A stretch of 64,000 nucleotides of DNA from Actinomycetota bacterium (GCA_035697485.1 DASSCU010000049.1:81200-145199), one strand, 5' to 3'. Positions 25,897 to 34,927 are shown, numbered from the stretch's first letter. The notes: generated by a model from the letters alone, not told the origin. A program made the numbers and translations.

Positions 25897-27755
25897 ACGC
25901 GCGTGATGCGACCCGTCTCAACCGCGCGGGCGGGCGCGCCGATGCTCGCCGTGTGAAAACGGCCGGGGGGTCGACCCGCATCGCACGCGCGCTCGTCTGC
26001 GCGCTCACCGCCGCCCTGCTCTGCGGAGCGGTGCCGTCGGCGCTCGCGGCCGGTGAGGGCACGACCGCACCCGGCGTGACCGACGATCCGTTCACCGGCT
26101 CGCCGGCGCCGGTGAGCCCGAGCACCGCGGGCAGCGACGGGTTCCGGTTCTTCGGCTCGGGGTTCGGGCACGGCGTCGGCATGTCGCAGTGGGGCGCGTA
26201 CGGGCTGGCGCAGATGGGGTGGTCCCACAAGCGCATCCTCAAGCACTTCTACCGAGGCACGCGCGTGGGCCGGATCGCCGATCCGGTTGGCAGGATCCGC
26301 GTCGGGCTCACGTGGGACGAGAAGGTGGTCCACGTGGCCGCCAAGGGCGGGCCGGTGAAGCTCTCGGTCGGCAGCCGGGGAGGCCGCACGGTCGCCCGCA
26401 TCCCCGAAGGACGAACCTGGACGGTACGCGCGAAGGCGGCCGGGTTCGCCGTGCGCAACCACGACGGCTCCCTCGTCGGCGGCCAGACCTGGGGCGGCAC
26501 GTCGTTCGACCTGATCGCCACGTATGGGCGCGGCGCGCGCGCATCGGTGGCCGAGGGCGGTGCCTCCTACAACCGGGGCCACCTGGAGTTCGAGCTCTAC
26601 CGGCGCGCAGGATCGTGGAACCAGCGGCTGGTGCTGCCGATCGACCTCGAGGAGTACCTCTACGGGCTGGGCGAGATGCCGAGCTCGTGGTCTCCCGCTG
26701 CGCTCCGGGCTCAGGCCGTCGCCGGTCGAACGTTCGCGACGTCGCGGGTGAGGCGCTCGGCGCCCGGCACGCAGTGCAACTGCGACATCACGGACGGTAC
26801 GAACGATCAGGTCTACATCGGCTACAACAAGGAGGGTGGCACCGACGGCAACCGATGGGTGGCCGCGGTGAACGACACCCGCGGACAGGTCGTGACGAAC
26901 GGCGGGAACGTGATCCAGGCGTTCTACGGGGCTTCCGACGGCGGACACTCCGACGCGGTCGAGGACGTCTGGCACGGCGGGAACGACGCCTACGCCGTGC
27001 CCTACCTCAAGGCCGAGTGCGATCCGGGGGAGGACATCGCCGCGAACCCGTGGACCGACTGGCAGAAGTCGTACTCGGCCGGCGAGCTCACGGACCGGCT
27101 CGCGCCGTACACCGGCTCGATCGGCACGGTCCGTGGATTCCCTGGGGTGCGTCGAGGCAACGGGGGGCGCATCATCACCGCGACGGTCCGGGGCTCGAAC
27201 GGGTCGGCGTCCATCACCGGATCGGAGCTCCGCTGGGCGATCGGGGCCTGGGACGGGCGCATCTGGATCAACCAGGACAAGAACATCGTGGGGCCGATCC
27301 GCGATCGCTACGACGCGCTGATGTGTCGACCGGGATTGCCGACCTCGCGGATCGAGCGCGTCGAGGGAGGCTCGCGCCAGCGGTTCGAGAAGGGCGCGAT
27401 CCTCAGCAACGGCGGGCAGGGTGTGACCGTCTGGCTTCGAGGAGCGATCTACCGCGAGTACAAGGCGGTCAAGGGCCCCAAGAGCCGACTCGGCATGCCG
27501 ACCGGCCAGATCGTCGATATCGGGGCGGGGACCCGTGCGCTGTTCGAGGGCGGCCGCATCCTCGCCAAGTCCGGCGTCGGTGCCCACGCGCTCTGGGGTC
27601 GCGTGCTGAGCGAATACCTCGATCGCGACGGAGCCGACGGGCCGCTCGGCTTCCCCACGAGCAGGGTGCGCGGCGACGGGAACGGTGGGTCGCTCGCCAA
27701 CTTCGAGCACGGCACGATCGTGTGCCCCGACGGTCAGCGGTGTCGACTCGCCTGA
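25893..27755 (+). CDS. secreted SpoIID/LytB-domain protein with C-terminal LGFP repeats
   Basis: Signal peptide. SpoIID-type blocks (GHGVGMSQWGAYG, EEYLYGLGEMPSSW, QVYIGY, FYGASDGGH). Repeated G.LG.P units at the C-terminus (SRLGMPTGQ, GPLGFPTSR). Confidence 0.8.
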   Translation: MNARDATRLNRAGGRADARRVKTAGGSTRIARALVCALTAALLCGAVPSALAAGEGTTAPGVTDDPFTGSPAPVSPSTAGSDGFRFFGSGFGHGVGMSQWGAYGLAQMGWSHKRILKHFYRGTRVGRIADPVGRIRVGLTWDEKVVHVAAKGGPVKLSVGSRGGRTVARIPEGRTWTVRAKAAGFAVRNHDGSLVGGQTWGGTSFDLIATYGRGARASVAEGGASYNRGHLEFELYRRAGSWNQRLVLPIDLEEYLYGLGEMPSSWSPAALRAQAVAGRTFATSRVRRSAPGTQCNCDITDGTNDQVYIGYNKEGGTDGNRWVAAVNDTRGQVVTNGGNVIQAFYGASDGGHSDAVEDVWHGGNDAYAVPYLKAECDPGEDIAANPWTDWQKSYSAGELTDRLAPYTGSIGTVRGFPGVRRGNGGRIITATVRGSNGSASITGSELRWAIGAWDGRIWINQDKNIVGPIRDRYDALMCRPGLPTSRIERVEGGSRQRFEKGAILSNGGQGVTVWLRGAIYREYKAVKGPKSRLGMPTGQIVDIGAGTRALFEGGRILAKSGVGAHALWGRVLSEYLDRDGADGPLGFPTSRVRGDGNGGSLANFEHGTIVCPDGQRCRLA

Positions 27756-27775
27756 CGCAGGCTCGTCGGATCGGC

Positions 27776-28531
27776 TCAGCAGTCGTCCGCGGCGTTCGCT
27801 TCCGGTGCGTTGGACGTGCACGCGAATGCCCGGGCGAAGCCGTCGGCGATCGTCGTGGCCTGCTCGGCCGTGATCGTGCCGGGGCAGGTCTGCAGCTGAT
27901 CCCAGGCGGCCAACGCCACCGACGTACCATCGGGAAGGCCTTCGTAGGGCGCTGCGACGGTCATCGACCGGTCGGTCGCGACCCCCTTCAGGGCGTCGGC
28001 CACCTCGGGTGAGAGCGCCTCGTTGCCCTCGGCGCGGAAGTACAGCATCACGCCCGAGTGCTCCAGGAAGTGCACCGCCGCGGGCTCGCTGCCGATCGGC
28101 TGGTCGTAGGTCTCGGGGGAGGACGGCAGCACCTGTCCGCCGTAGTGCTCGCCCGACGTCGCGGGCTTCTGCGCGTACGTGATCGGTGTCCCATCGGCGA
28201 CGTGCTGACCGGCCTGCGCGTCGCCCACGGGCTGCTGCACCTCGGTGCAGCCGGCGGCCTCGGCCGCGGCGACCGCGGCCGCGGGGATGTCACGCGGGCT
28301 GGCCGCGCGTGTCAACCAGTAGAACGCTCCGACGCCGACGACCCCCGCGACCGCGAACACGGCGGTTCGGCGGACGAAGGCGCTCCTCTCCGCTCGTTTG
28401 CGCTGCGCGGCCCGGGCCTGCCGGGCCTGCTCTTTGCGCTCGCGCCTGGCATCGTTTCCAGCGGCCGCCGGACGGGGCTTGGGCGGCGCGGTCGCCTGCG
28501 GTGATCGTCGCTTCTTGTTCTTGTTCGTCAT
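27776..28531 (-). CDS. DUF3105-like membrane-anchored protein (paralogue 2)
   Basis: Lys/Arg-rich N-terminus, one TM segment and an FLEHSGVMLYF block paralogous to the next gene. Its ATG directly follows the upstream TAG. Confidence 0.7.
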   Translation of the reverse strand: MTNKNKKRRSPQATAPPKPRPAAAGNDARRERKEQARQARAAQRKRAERSAFVRRTAVFAVAGVVGVGAFYWLTRAASPRDIPAAAVAAAEAAGCTEVQQPVGDAQAGQHVADGTPITYAQKPATSGEHYGGQVLPSSPETYDQPIGSEPAAVHFLEHSGVMLYFRAEGNEALSPEVADALKGVATDRSMTVAAPYEGLPDGTSVALAAWDQLQTCPGTITAEQATTIADGFARAFACTSNAPEANAADDC

Positions 28532-29329
28532 CTACATCGCCGCCCCGCGCTCGGGGGCCTCACCGGCGTACTCGCGATCTTGGGTGGTGGGGTAGGAGTA
28601 CTGGCTCGTGAAGTCGAACGCCACCGGCAGGCTCGGCGCGGCGCACGAGCGGAGGCGTCGCCATCCCACGAGCGCCATCTGCACGCCCTCGGGCAGCTGC
28701 CCGCCGGCCCCTTCGTAGTCGTACGGCGCCACGATCACGCGGTCCTGGCCGACTGGGTCGTTCTGATCGTAGAAGTCGACGATCGGCTGCAGGGCATTCG
28801 CCGGCGCGTCAGGGTCGTACCAGACCACGGTGCCCCCGTGTTCGAGCGAGTGCAGCAGCGGTCCCAGGTCGGGCGGCGCCGAGTACACGCCTGCCGGCAG
28901 CGTCGAGGCTCCCACGTGCGGCCCCGAGGCCGGCGGCGTGCTCGGGTACGTGTCGAGCGGCGGAAGCTCGGGGAACCGCTCATCGCCCTCGATGTGCGCC
29001 TGATCGGCGTAGTCGGGGGAGGTCTGGTCGAACCCGTCGTAGAAGTCGGTCGTCGTGACCTCGTCGCATGCGGCCGTCTGGGCTTCGCCGCCGGCCTGGT
29101 CGAGCAGGTCGGCGGGCGCGGGCAGCGCGGCGTCGGAGCCGCTGGAAGGCTGAAGCACGACGACGGCCACGATCGCCCCCACCGCCGCCAGGACGACGAG
29201 TGACAGCCCGATCGTCCGGTTGCGCTTCCTCGCGGCCATCTGCCGCTGGATCGCCTCACGCTCGAGTCGGGCCTGCTCCTTCCGCTCGGCCTTCGTCGGC
29301 CTGCGGGCGTCGTTCGGTCGGTTGGGCAC
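28532..29329 (-). CDS. DUF3105-like membrane-anchored protein (paralogue 1)
   Basis: Same architecture as paralogue 2: basic N-terminus, TM segment, PPASGPH, and SLEHGGTVVWYDP. Confidence 0.7.
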   Translation of the reverse strand: MPNRPNDARRPTKAERKEQARLEREAIQRQMAARKRNRTIGLSLVVLAAVGAIVAVVVLQPSSGSDAALPAPADLLDQAGGEAQTAACDEVTTTDFYDGFDQTSPDYADQAHIEGDERFPELPPLDTYPSTPPASGPHVGASTLPAGVYSAPPDLGPLLHSLEHGGTVVWYDPDAPANALQPIVDFYDQNDPVGQDRVIVAPYDYEGAGGQLPEGVQMALVGWRRLRSCAAPSLPVAFDFTSQYSYPTTQDREYAGEAPERGAAM

Positions 29330-29426
29330 GTCCGATGAGTCTCCCCTCGAGGCTGTCGGGGGTCCGCCTCGGAGGCTAGAGGGTACCCAACGATCGGCCG
29401 GGCGAGCGGAGGCACGACGGACGACC

Positions 29427-30731
29427 TCACCGCCAGTCGGTGACCTCGCCGGGATCGATCGTGTGCCGGGCGCGAGGGTCGGGATGGGTGGGCGTCGGCC
29501 CGCCGGCGACGGCGCCGAGGGGCAGCCATCCCCGGTCCACGCCGAGCGCGTTGCGGGCGAGCTCGGGGCAGGAGAGCGGGGAGCCGACCCAACCGCCCGC
29601 CAGACCCTGGGCCGAAAGGGCGAGCAACAGGCTCTGGATCACCGCGCCCCCCGACAGGAGGGGCGTCATCAGGTCGGCGTCGGGCCCCCCGGCGTTCGGA
29701 GACGCGTCCGTCCCGTCGAGCCGCAGCCATGGCACGATCAGCACCGGGGCGGCGGCAAGGATCTCGTCGTCCCGCACGAGTGCGTGCGCCGCCGCCAGCT
29801 CGTCGGGGCCGCCGGCCGGCGCTGATCGGCACGCCGCCATCGCCGCGCGGAAGCCGCGTCTGGCTGCCCCCGAGATCAGGACGGTGAAGCGCAACGGTCC
29901 CGGGTCGTGGGAGAGCCGGGCCGCGCACGCGGCGGCGATCGCCTCCTCCACCGATGTGCGCGGCACGTCGCCGGGGCCGAACGCGTCGCTCGTACGACGG
30001 TCGTGCAGCGCCTGCATCGGCGAGGCACGGAACAGGTCCTCCTCGGCGGGACGCACGAGGTCGAGCGCCGACCCGTCCTTCCCACCGAGGCGGTCGACCC
30101 CTCGCACGATCGCGACGGGGATCCGCGAATCCTTCGCGATCACGAGACCGCTCGCCGCGGCCACTTCGTCCGCGAGCGCGATCTCGGTCGCCTCGAGCGT
30201 GCGCCCTCGGTCGTCCGCGCGTCCGCGTAGGTCCACGATCGCCGGCAGCCCGTCGCATCCGATCGCCACGTTCACCACGCCCGTGCGCCACGCGCGGCCG
30301 AACGTGTCGGTCACGACGACGGCGACGTCGCCCAGTTCGAGCCGGGCCGACAGCTGTGACCGCAATCGGCGCGCGCTCGCGTCGGGGTCCTCGGGCAGCA
30401 GCGCGAGCGAGCCGGCGTCCACGTTCGAGGCATCGACGCCGGCGTTCGCGCAGACGAAGCCGTGCGCGGTCTCGGCGATCACCAGGTCGCCGCGTCGGGC
30501 GACGACGCGGCTCGTCTCGGTGATCACCGCGTCGGCTCGACCGACACCGCGCACGATGCGGCCCTCGGCCTTCGAGACGACCTTCGAGGTGACGACGACG
30601 ACGTCGCCCGCTCGTGCGCCCGCCGCCCTGAGCGGCGCGTCGAGCACCGCCGCGAGGTCGTCTCCCGGTCGCACCTCGGGCACGCCCTGGACCGGAACCA
30701 CGAGCACCGGCGGCCGTGACGTGGACGTCAC
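29427..30731 (-). CDS. fbiB: bifunctional F420 biosynthesis protein FbiB (gamma-glutamyl ligase CofE domain plus nitroreductase-like domain)
   Basis: CofE blocks (VVVTSKVVSKAEGR, CANAGVDASN, VVVTDTFGRAWR) followed by a nitroreductase-like C-terminal half. GTGA overlap with fbiA. Confidence 0.85.
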   Translation of the reverse strand: MTSTSRPPVLVVPVQGVPEVRPGDDLAAVLDAPLRAAGARAGDVVVVTSKVVSKAEGRIVRGVGRADAVITETSRVVARRGDLVIAETAHGFVCANAGVDASNVDAGSLALLPEDPDASARRLRSQLSARLELGDVAVVVTDTFGRAWRTGVVNVAIGCDGLPAIVDLRGRADDRGRTLEATEIALADEVAAASGLVIAKDSRIPVAIVRGVDRLGGKDGSALDLVRPAEEDLFRASPMQALHDRRTSDAFGPGDVPRTSVEEAIAAACAARLSHDPGPLRFTVLISGAARRGFRAAMAACRSAPAGGPDELAAAHALVRDDEILAAAPVLIVPWLRLDGTDASPNAGGPDADLMTPLLSGGAVIQSLLLALSAQGLAGGWVGSPLSCPELARNALGVDRGWLPLGAVAGGPTPTHPDPRARHTIDPGEVTDWR

Positions 30732-31675
30732 CGCGCGACGTCCAGCACCACCGAGGCGAGGCGCTCGGCGGCCTCGTCGTCGCGCATCACGGTGTCGGTG
30801 ACGACGACCCGTATCCCGGTGGCTTCGATCCGAGCCGCCAGCGCGCGATCGCGCTCGTCGATGACCCACGCGCCGAGCAGGCCTTCGTACGCCGTCGCGG
30901 CACCGGCGGCGGTGACCTCCAGGCCCACGGCCGGCATCAGCTTGTCGGCCATGCCCGCGAGTGGCGCCCCGCCGACGATCCCGCTCACGCCGACGACTGC
31001 CGGGCGGCGAGCCCCGACAGCATCACGCACGCCCCGCACCGCGAGGATCGGCCCGAGCGAGACGACCGGGTTCGACGGCGGAAGAACCACCACGTCGGCC
31101 TGCTCGATCGCCGCGAGCACCCCCGGGGCGGGACGTGCAGCCTCGACGCCCACGAACCGCACGGACTTGACCGCGTCAGCGGCACGGCGCTGCACCCAGT
31201 ATTCCTGGAAGTGCAGGTCGAGTCGCTCGCCGGTCCGGGCGTCGACGGCGTCGATCCGGGTCTCGACGCGATCGTCGGTGACGGGCAACAGCCGGGCGCC
31301 GACGCCGAAGCGCTCCGCCACGCGCGCGACGACTTGTGACATCGTCGCGCCTTGTCGCAGCATCGAGCTTCGCAGCACGTGGGCCGCGAGGTCGAGATCG
31401 CCGAGGTTGAACCACGCGTCCGGGGCGCCGAACGCCCGCAACTCATCGGTCGCTCGGAAGGATTCGTCGCGTCGACCCCATCCGCGCTCGCGATCGAACG
31501 CGTCGCCGAGCCAGTACGTCACGGAGTCGGGGTCGGGGCTCACGTGCAGCCCGTGTACGACGATGTCGTCAGCCACGTTGAGGATGACGGTCAGGTCGTC
31601 GCCGGGCACGACGCGTGCCATGCCGCGCAGGAACCTCCCCGCGCCGATGCCTCCGGCGAGCGCCGCAACCTTCAT
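30728..31675 (-). CDS. fbiA: 2-phospho-L-lactate transferase (CofD/FbiA)
   Basis: MKVAALAGGIGAGRFLRG N-terminus and LPPSNPVVSLGPIL, typical of CofD. Confidence 0.85.
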   Translation of the reverse strand: MKVAALAGGIGAGRFLRGMARVVPGDDLTVILNVADDIVVHGLHVSPDPDSVTYWLGDAFDRERGWGRRDESFRATDELRAFGAPDAWFNLGDLDLAAHVLRSSMLRQGATMSQVVARVAERFGVGARLLPVTDDRVETRIDAVDARTGERLDLHFQEYWVQRRAADAVKSVRFVGVEAARPAPGVLAAIEQADVVVLPPSNPVVSLGPILAVRGVRDAVGARRPAVVGVSGIVGGAPLAGMADKLMPAVGLEVTAAGAATAYEGLLGAWVIDERDRALAARIEATGIRVVVTDTVMRDDEAAERLASVVLDVAR

Positions 31676-31690
31676 CGAGGGACAGCGTAG

Positions 31691-31696
31691 TAGGCT
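31691..31696 (+). promoter_or_regulatory. candidate -10 hexamer TAGGCT, 7 nt upstream of the fbiC ATG
   Basis: It is the only TANNNT in the 28-nt fbiA-fbiC gap, and there is no Shine-Dalgarno sequence. Confidence 0.4.
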
Positions 31697-31703
31697 CGCC
31701 GAC

Positions 31704-34199
31704 ATGCCCCAGGCACCCGCCCCGCCCAGCGGCCAGCAGCTGCGCCGGGCCCTGGTGCGAGCGGAGCGGGGCGTGGCGCTGAGCCTCGACGAGACCGTCG
31801 CGTTGCTCGGCGCGAGGGGTCCGGAGCTCGACCGGCTGCTCGCGGTCGCCGCGCGGCTGCGCGACCTGGGGCACGGCGATGTCGTCACCTACTCCCGCAA
31901 GGTGTTCATCCCACTCACGATGCTGTGCCGGGACCGCTGCCACTACTGCGTGTTCGCGAAGGCGCCCGCGAAGCTGGAAGCGCCGTTCCTCACGCCGGAG
32001 GAGGTCGTATCGATCGCACGGACCGGCGCCGAGGCCGGTTGTAAGGAGGCGCTCTTCACGCTCGGCGACCGGCCCGAGGACCGCTACGAGGTCGCCCGCG
32101 ACTGGCTCGACGAGCGCGGCTTCGACTCGACGCTCGACTACCTGCGCGCGGTGGCGATCCGCGTGATCGAGGAGACGGGCCTGCTGCCGCACCTCAACCC
32201 TGGCGTCATGAGCTACGAGGAGATCGCGCGGCTGAAGCACGTGAGCGCCTCGATGGGCATGATGCTCGAGACCGCGAGCCCCCGTCTGTCCGCGAAGGGC
32301 GGCCCGCATCACCGATCGCCGGACAAGGTGCCGGCCGTGCGGCTGCGCACGATCGAGGATGCCGGCCGGCTCGCCGTGCCGTTCACGACAGGCATCCTCG
32401 TCGGCATCGGCGAGACCGATCGGGAGCGCGCCGAGGCGCTGTTCGAGATCCGCGACCTGCACCGGCGCTACCGGCACGTGCAGGAGGTGATCGTGCAGAA
32501 CTTCCGTGCGAAGCCCGGCACGGCGATGCGATCCTCGGCCGAGCCCGGCGACGAGGAGTTCCTCGCCGCCGTCGCCACCGCCCGTGTCGTGCTCGGGCCA
32601 CGCATGCACGTGCAGGCTCCGCCGAACCTCTCCGACCCTGCTCAGCGTCTCCGTCTGCTCGATGCCGGCATCGACGATTGGGGCGGCGTCTCGCCGATCA
32701 CCCCTGACCACGTGAACCCCGAGAAGCCCTGGCCGTCGATCGATGGGCTGCGCGAGACGACGGCCGCCCGTGGCAAGACGCTCCTCGAACGCCTGACCGT
32801 GTACCCGGAGTTCGCCGCGAAGCCGGACCCGTTCCTGGCTGGGAAGATGCGCGCCCCGGTGACGAGGCTGCTCGGCGGCGACGGACGCGCGAACGAGGGG
32901 CAGCGCCCCGCGCCGATCCGGTGGCAGGACCCCGACGTGCGATGGAAGCCGCGCACGATCGCGCTCACGTTCTCGAAGGTGGCCGGCGCAGGCCTGCGCG
33001 AGGATGCCGACGCCGTGTACGGGGAAGCGGATCTGCCGGCCACGACGGCGCAATGGAGACGCCACCGGGTCGCGCCCACACGGCTCGAGGGCGAGATCCG
33101 GTCCGCGCTGACGAAGGCGTCAGCCCATCGTGCGCTCTCCGATGAGGAAGCGCTCGCCTTGTTCCGCGCCGAGGGGGGCGCGCTCGACGCGCTGTGCCGG
33201 GTCGCCGACGACCTTCGTGCCGAGGCGGTGGGTGACGACGTCACGTACGTGATCAACCGGAACATCAACTTCACGAACGTGTGCTACGTGGGGTGCCGCT
33301 TCTGCGCGTTCGCACAGCGCGAGGTCGACGAGGAGTCGTACACGCTCACCCTGACGGAGGTCGCAGACCGCGCCGAGGAAGCCTGGGACCGCGGCGCCAC
33401 CGAGGTCTGCATGCAGGGAGGCATCCATCCCGACCTCCCCGGCTCCTTCTATCTCGACGTGGTCGACGCCGTGAAACGCCGGACCCCGTCGATGCACGTG
33501 CACGCGTTCAGCCCGATGGAGATCCTCAACGGGGCGACGAAGCTCGACGTGTCGTTCGCCGAGTTCCTCTCGGAAGCGAGGGCTCACGGCCTCGACACGA
33601 TCCCGGGCACGGCGGCCGAGATCCTCGACGATGAGGTGCGTTGGGTGCTGACGAAGGGCAAGCTCCCGGCTGCGACATGGGAGCAGATCGTCCGCACCGC
33701 ACACGGTCTCGGCATCCGCAGCTCGAGCACGATCATGTTCGGTCACGTCGATGCGCCGCCGCACTGGGTGGCGCACATCCGGCGCATCGGTCGCATCCAG
33801 GCCGACACGGGGGGATTCACGGAGTTCGTACCGCTGCCGTTCGTGCACCAACATGCCCCGATCTACCTGTCCGGCAAGGCGCGCCCGGGGGCGACGTTCG
33901 AGGAGAACCTGCGGATGCACGCGGTTGCCCGCATCCTGCTCGACGGACTGATCCCGAACATCCAAGTCTCGTGGGTGAAACTCGGTGTCGACGCGTGCCG
34001 CTCGATCCTGCGTGCGGGCGCCAACGACTTCGGCGGCACGCTGATGGAGGAGACGATCAGTCGCATGGCGGGCGCGGAGTGGGGGATCGAGATGACGCCC
34101 GAACAGTTCGACGACGCGATCCGCGCGATCGGGCGCACGCCGGCGGTCCGTACGACGACGTACGACGCCATCCGCCGGAAAGCACGTCAGGCATCCTGA
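31704..34199 (+). CDS. fbiC: FO synthase, fused CofG-CofH (FbiC)
   Basis: 831 aa with two radical-SAM cysteine motifs (CRDRCHYCVF and CYVGCRFCAF). Confidence 0.9.
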   Translation: MPQAPAPPSGQQLRRALVRAERGVALSLDETVALLGARGPELDRLLAVAARLRDLGHGDVVTYSRKVFIPLTMLCRDRCHYCVFAKAPAKLEAPFLTPEEVVSIARTGAEAGCKEALFTLGDRPEDRYEVARDWLDERGFDSTLDYLRAVAIRVIEETGLLPHLNPGVMSYEEIARLKHVSASMGMMLETASPRLSAKGGPHHRSPDKVPAVRLRTIEDAGRLAVPFTTGILVGIGETDRERAEALFEIRDLHRRYRHVQEVIVQNFRAKPGTAMRSSAEPGDEEFLAAVATARVVLGPRMHVQAPPNLSDPAQRLRLLDAGIDDWGGVSPITPDHVNPEKPWPSIDGLRETTAARGKTLLERLTVYPEFAAKPDPFLAGKMRAPVTRLLGGDGRANEGQRPAPIRWQDPDVRWKPRTIALTFSKVAGAGLREDADAVYGEADLPATTAQWRRHRVAPTRLEGEIRSALTKASAHRALSDEEALALFRAEGGALDALCRVADDLRAEAVGDDVTYVINRNINFTNVCYVGCRFCAFAQREVDEESYTLTLTEVADRAEEAWDRGATEVCMQGGIHPDLPGSFYLDVVDAVKRRTPSMHVHAFSPMEILNGATKLDVSFAEFLSEARAHGLDTIPGTAAEILDDEVRWVLTKGKLPAATWEQIVRTAHGLGIRSSSTIMFGHVDAPPHWVAHIRRIGRIQADTGGFTEFVPLPFVHQHAPIYLSGKARPGATFEENLRMHAVARILLDGLIPNIQVSWVKLGVDACRSILRAGANDFGGTLMEETISRMAGAEWGIEMTPEQFDDAIRAIGRTPAVRTTTYDAIRRKARQAS

Positions 34200-34351
34200 C
34201 GGCTATCGTCAGTCGGTCTGACGACCGCGCCACCTGCCAGATCGACTTGCGACTTGGCGTCAGGTTCGACACGATGGGGGCGACGGACGAGGGATTGAGG
34301 CAGGGAACTTCCTCGATGGAGGGCTTGTCACCGGGGCGGTTCTTCCCTCAG

Positions 34352-34369
34352 AATCACATGAATGTGATT
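34352..34369. promoter_or_regulatory. AT-rich palindrome AATCACAT-GA-ATGTGATT, 16 nt upstream of the whiB start
   Basis: 8-bp perfect arms with a 2-nt spacer. Only 5 of 18 bases are G or C in a very GC-rich genome. It lies immediately upstream of the GGGGGGAGA ribosome-binding region. Confidence 0.5.
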
Positions 34370-34385
34370 TCGGGGGGAGACGAGC

Positions 34386-34613
34386 GTGCATCACTACATC
34401 CCTTGGCAAGAGCGAGCGCGGTGTCGCGAATACGACCCGGAGATCTTCTTCCCCGAGAAGGGAGGCTCATCGAGGGAGGCCAAGCGGATCTGCAGCGAGT
34501 GTCCCGTGCGCATCGAGTGCCTGAACTACGCCCTCCGTCGTGACGAGCGTTACGGCGTGTGGGGAGGCATGAGCGAACGGGAACGCCGACGCCTGAAGCG
34601 CATGGCGTCCTGA
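34386..34613 (+). CDS. whiB: WhiB-family Fe-S transcription factor (WhiB2/WhiB position by synteny)
   Basis: 75 aa with four Cys (C-x22-C-x2-C-x5-C), a GVWGG turn and a basic C-terminus. GTG start. Confidence 0.9.
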   Translation: MHHYIPWQERARCREYDPEIFFPEKGGSSREAKRICSECPVRIECLNYALRRDERYGVWGGMSERERRRLKRMAS

Positions 34614-34675
34614 GAACGGCCACCACGGTTCGACGAACCGGCTCGACGAGACGACGCAGGGAAAGGGGAGGAGGC

Positions 34676-34927
34676 ATGGCAGCAGCCAAGAAGACGACCG
34701 CGAGGAAGAAGACCGCGGCTCGCAAGCCGGCGGCCCGTAAGAAGACCGCCGCCAAGAAGACCACGGCCAGGAGGCCGGCCGCCAAGAAGACGGCACGCAA
34801 GAAGACCGCGGCACGCAAGCCGGCGGCCCGGAAGAAGACCGCGGCACGCAAGAAGACCGCGGCACGCAAGCCGGCCGCCCGGAAGAAGACGACGGCTCGC
34901 AAGAAGACCGCGGCACGCAAGCGCTGA
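34676..34927 (+). CDS. Lys/Ala/Arg-repeat histone H1-like basic protein
   Basis: 83 aa made almost entirely of KKTAAR / KPAAR units. GGAGGAGG lies upstream of the ATG, and a strong terminator follows. Confidence 0.75.
   Translation: MAAAKKTTARKKTAARKPAARKKTAAKKTTARRPAAKKTARKKTAARKPAARKKTAARKKTAARKPAARKKTTARKKTAARKR
34685..34921 (+). repeat. in-frame tandem direct repeats (18- and 33-nt units) inside the histone-like gene
   Basis: The 21-mer AAGAAGACCGCGGCACGCAAG occurs four times (starts near 34800, 34834, 34852 and 34901), with diverged copies upstream. Confidence 0.8.
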
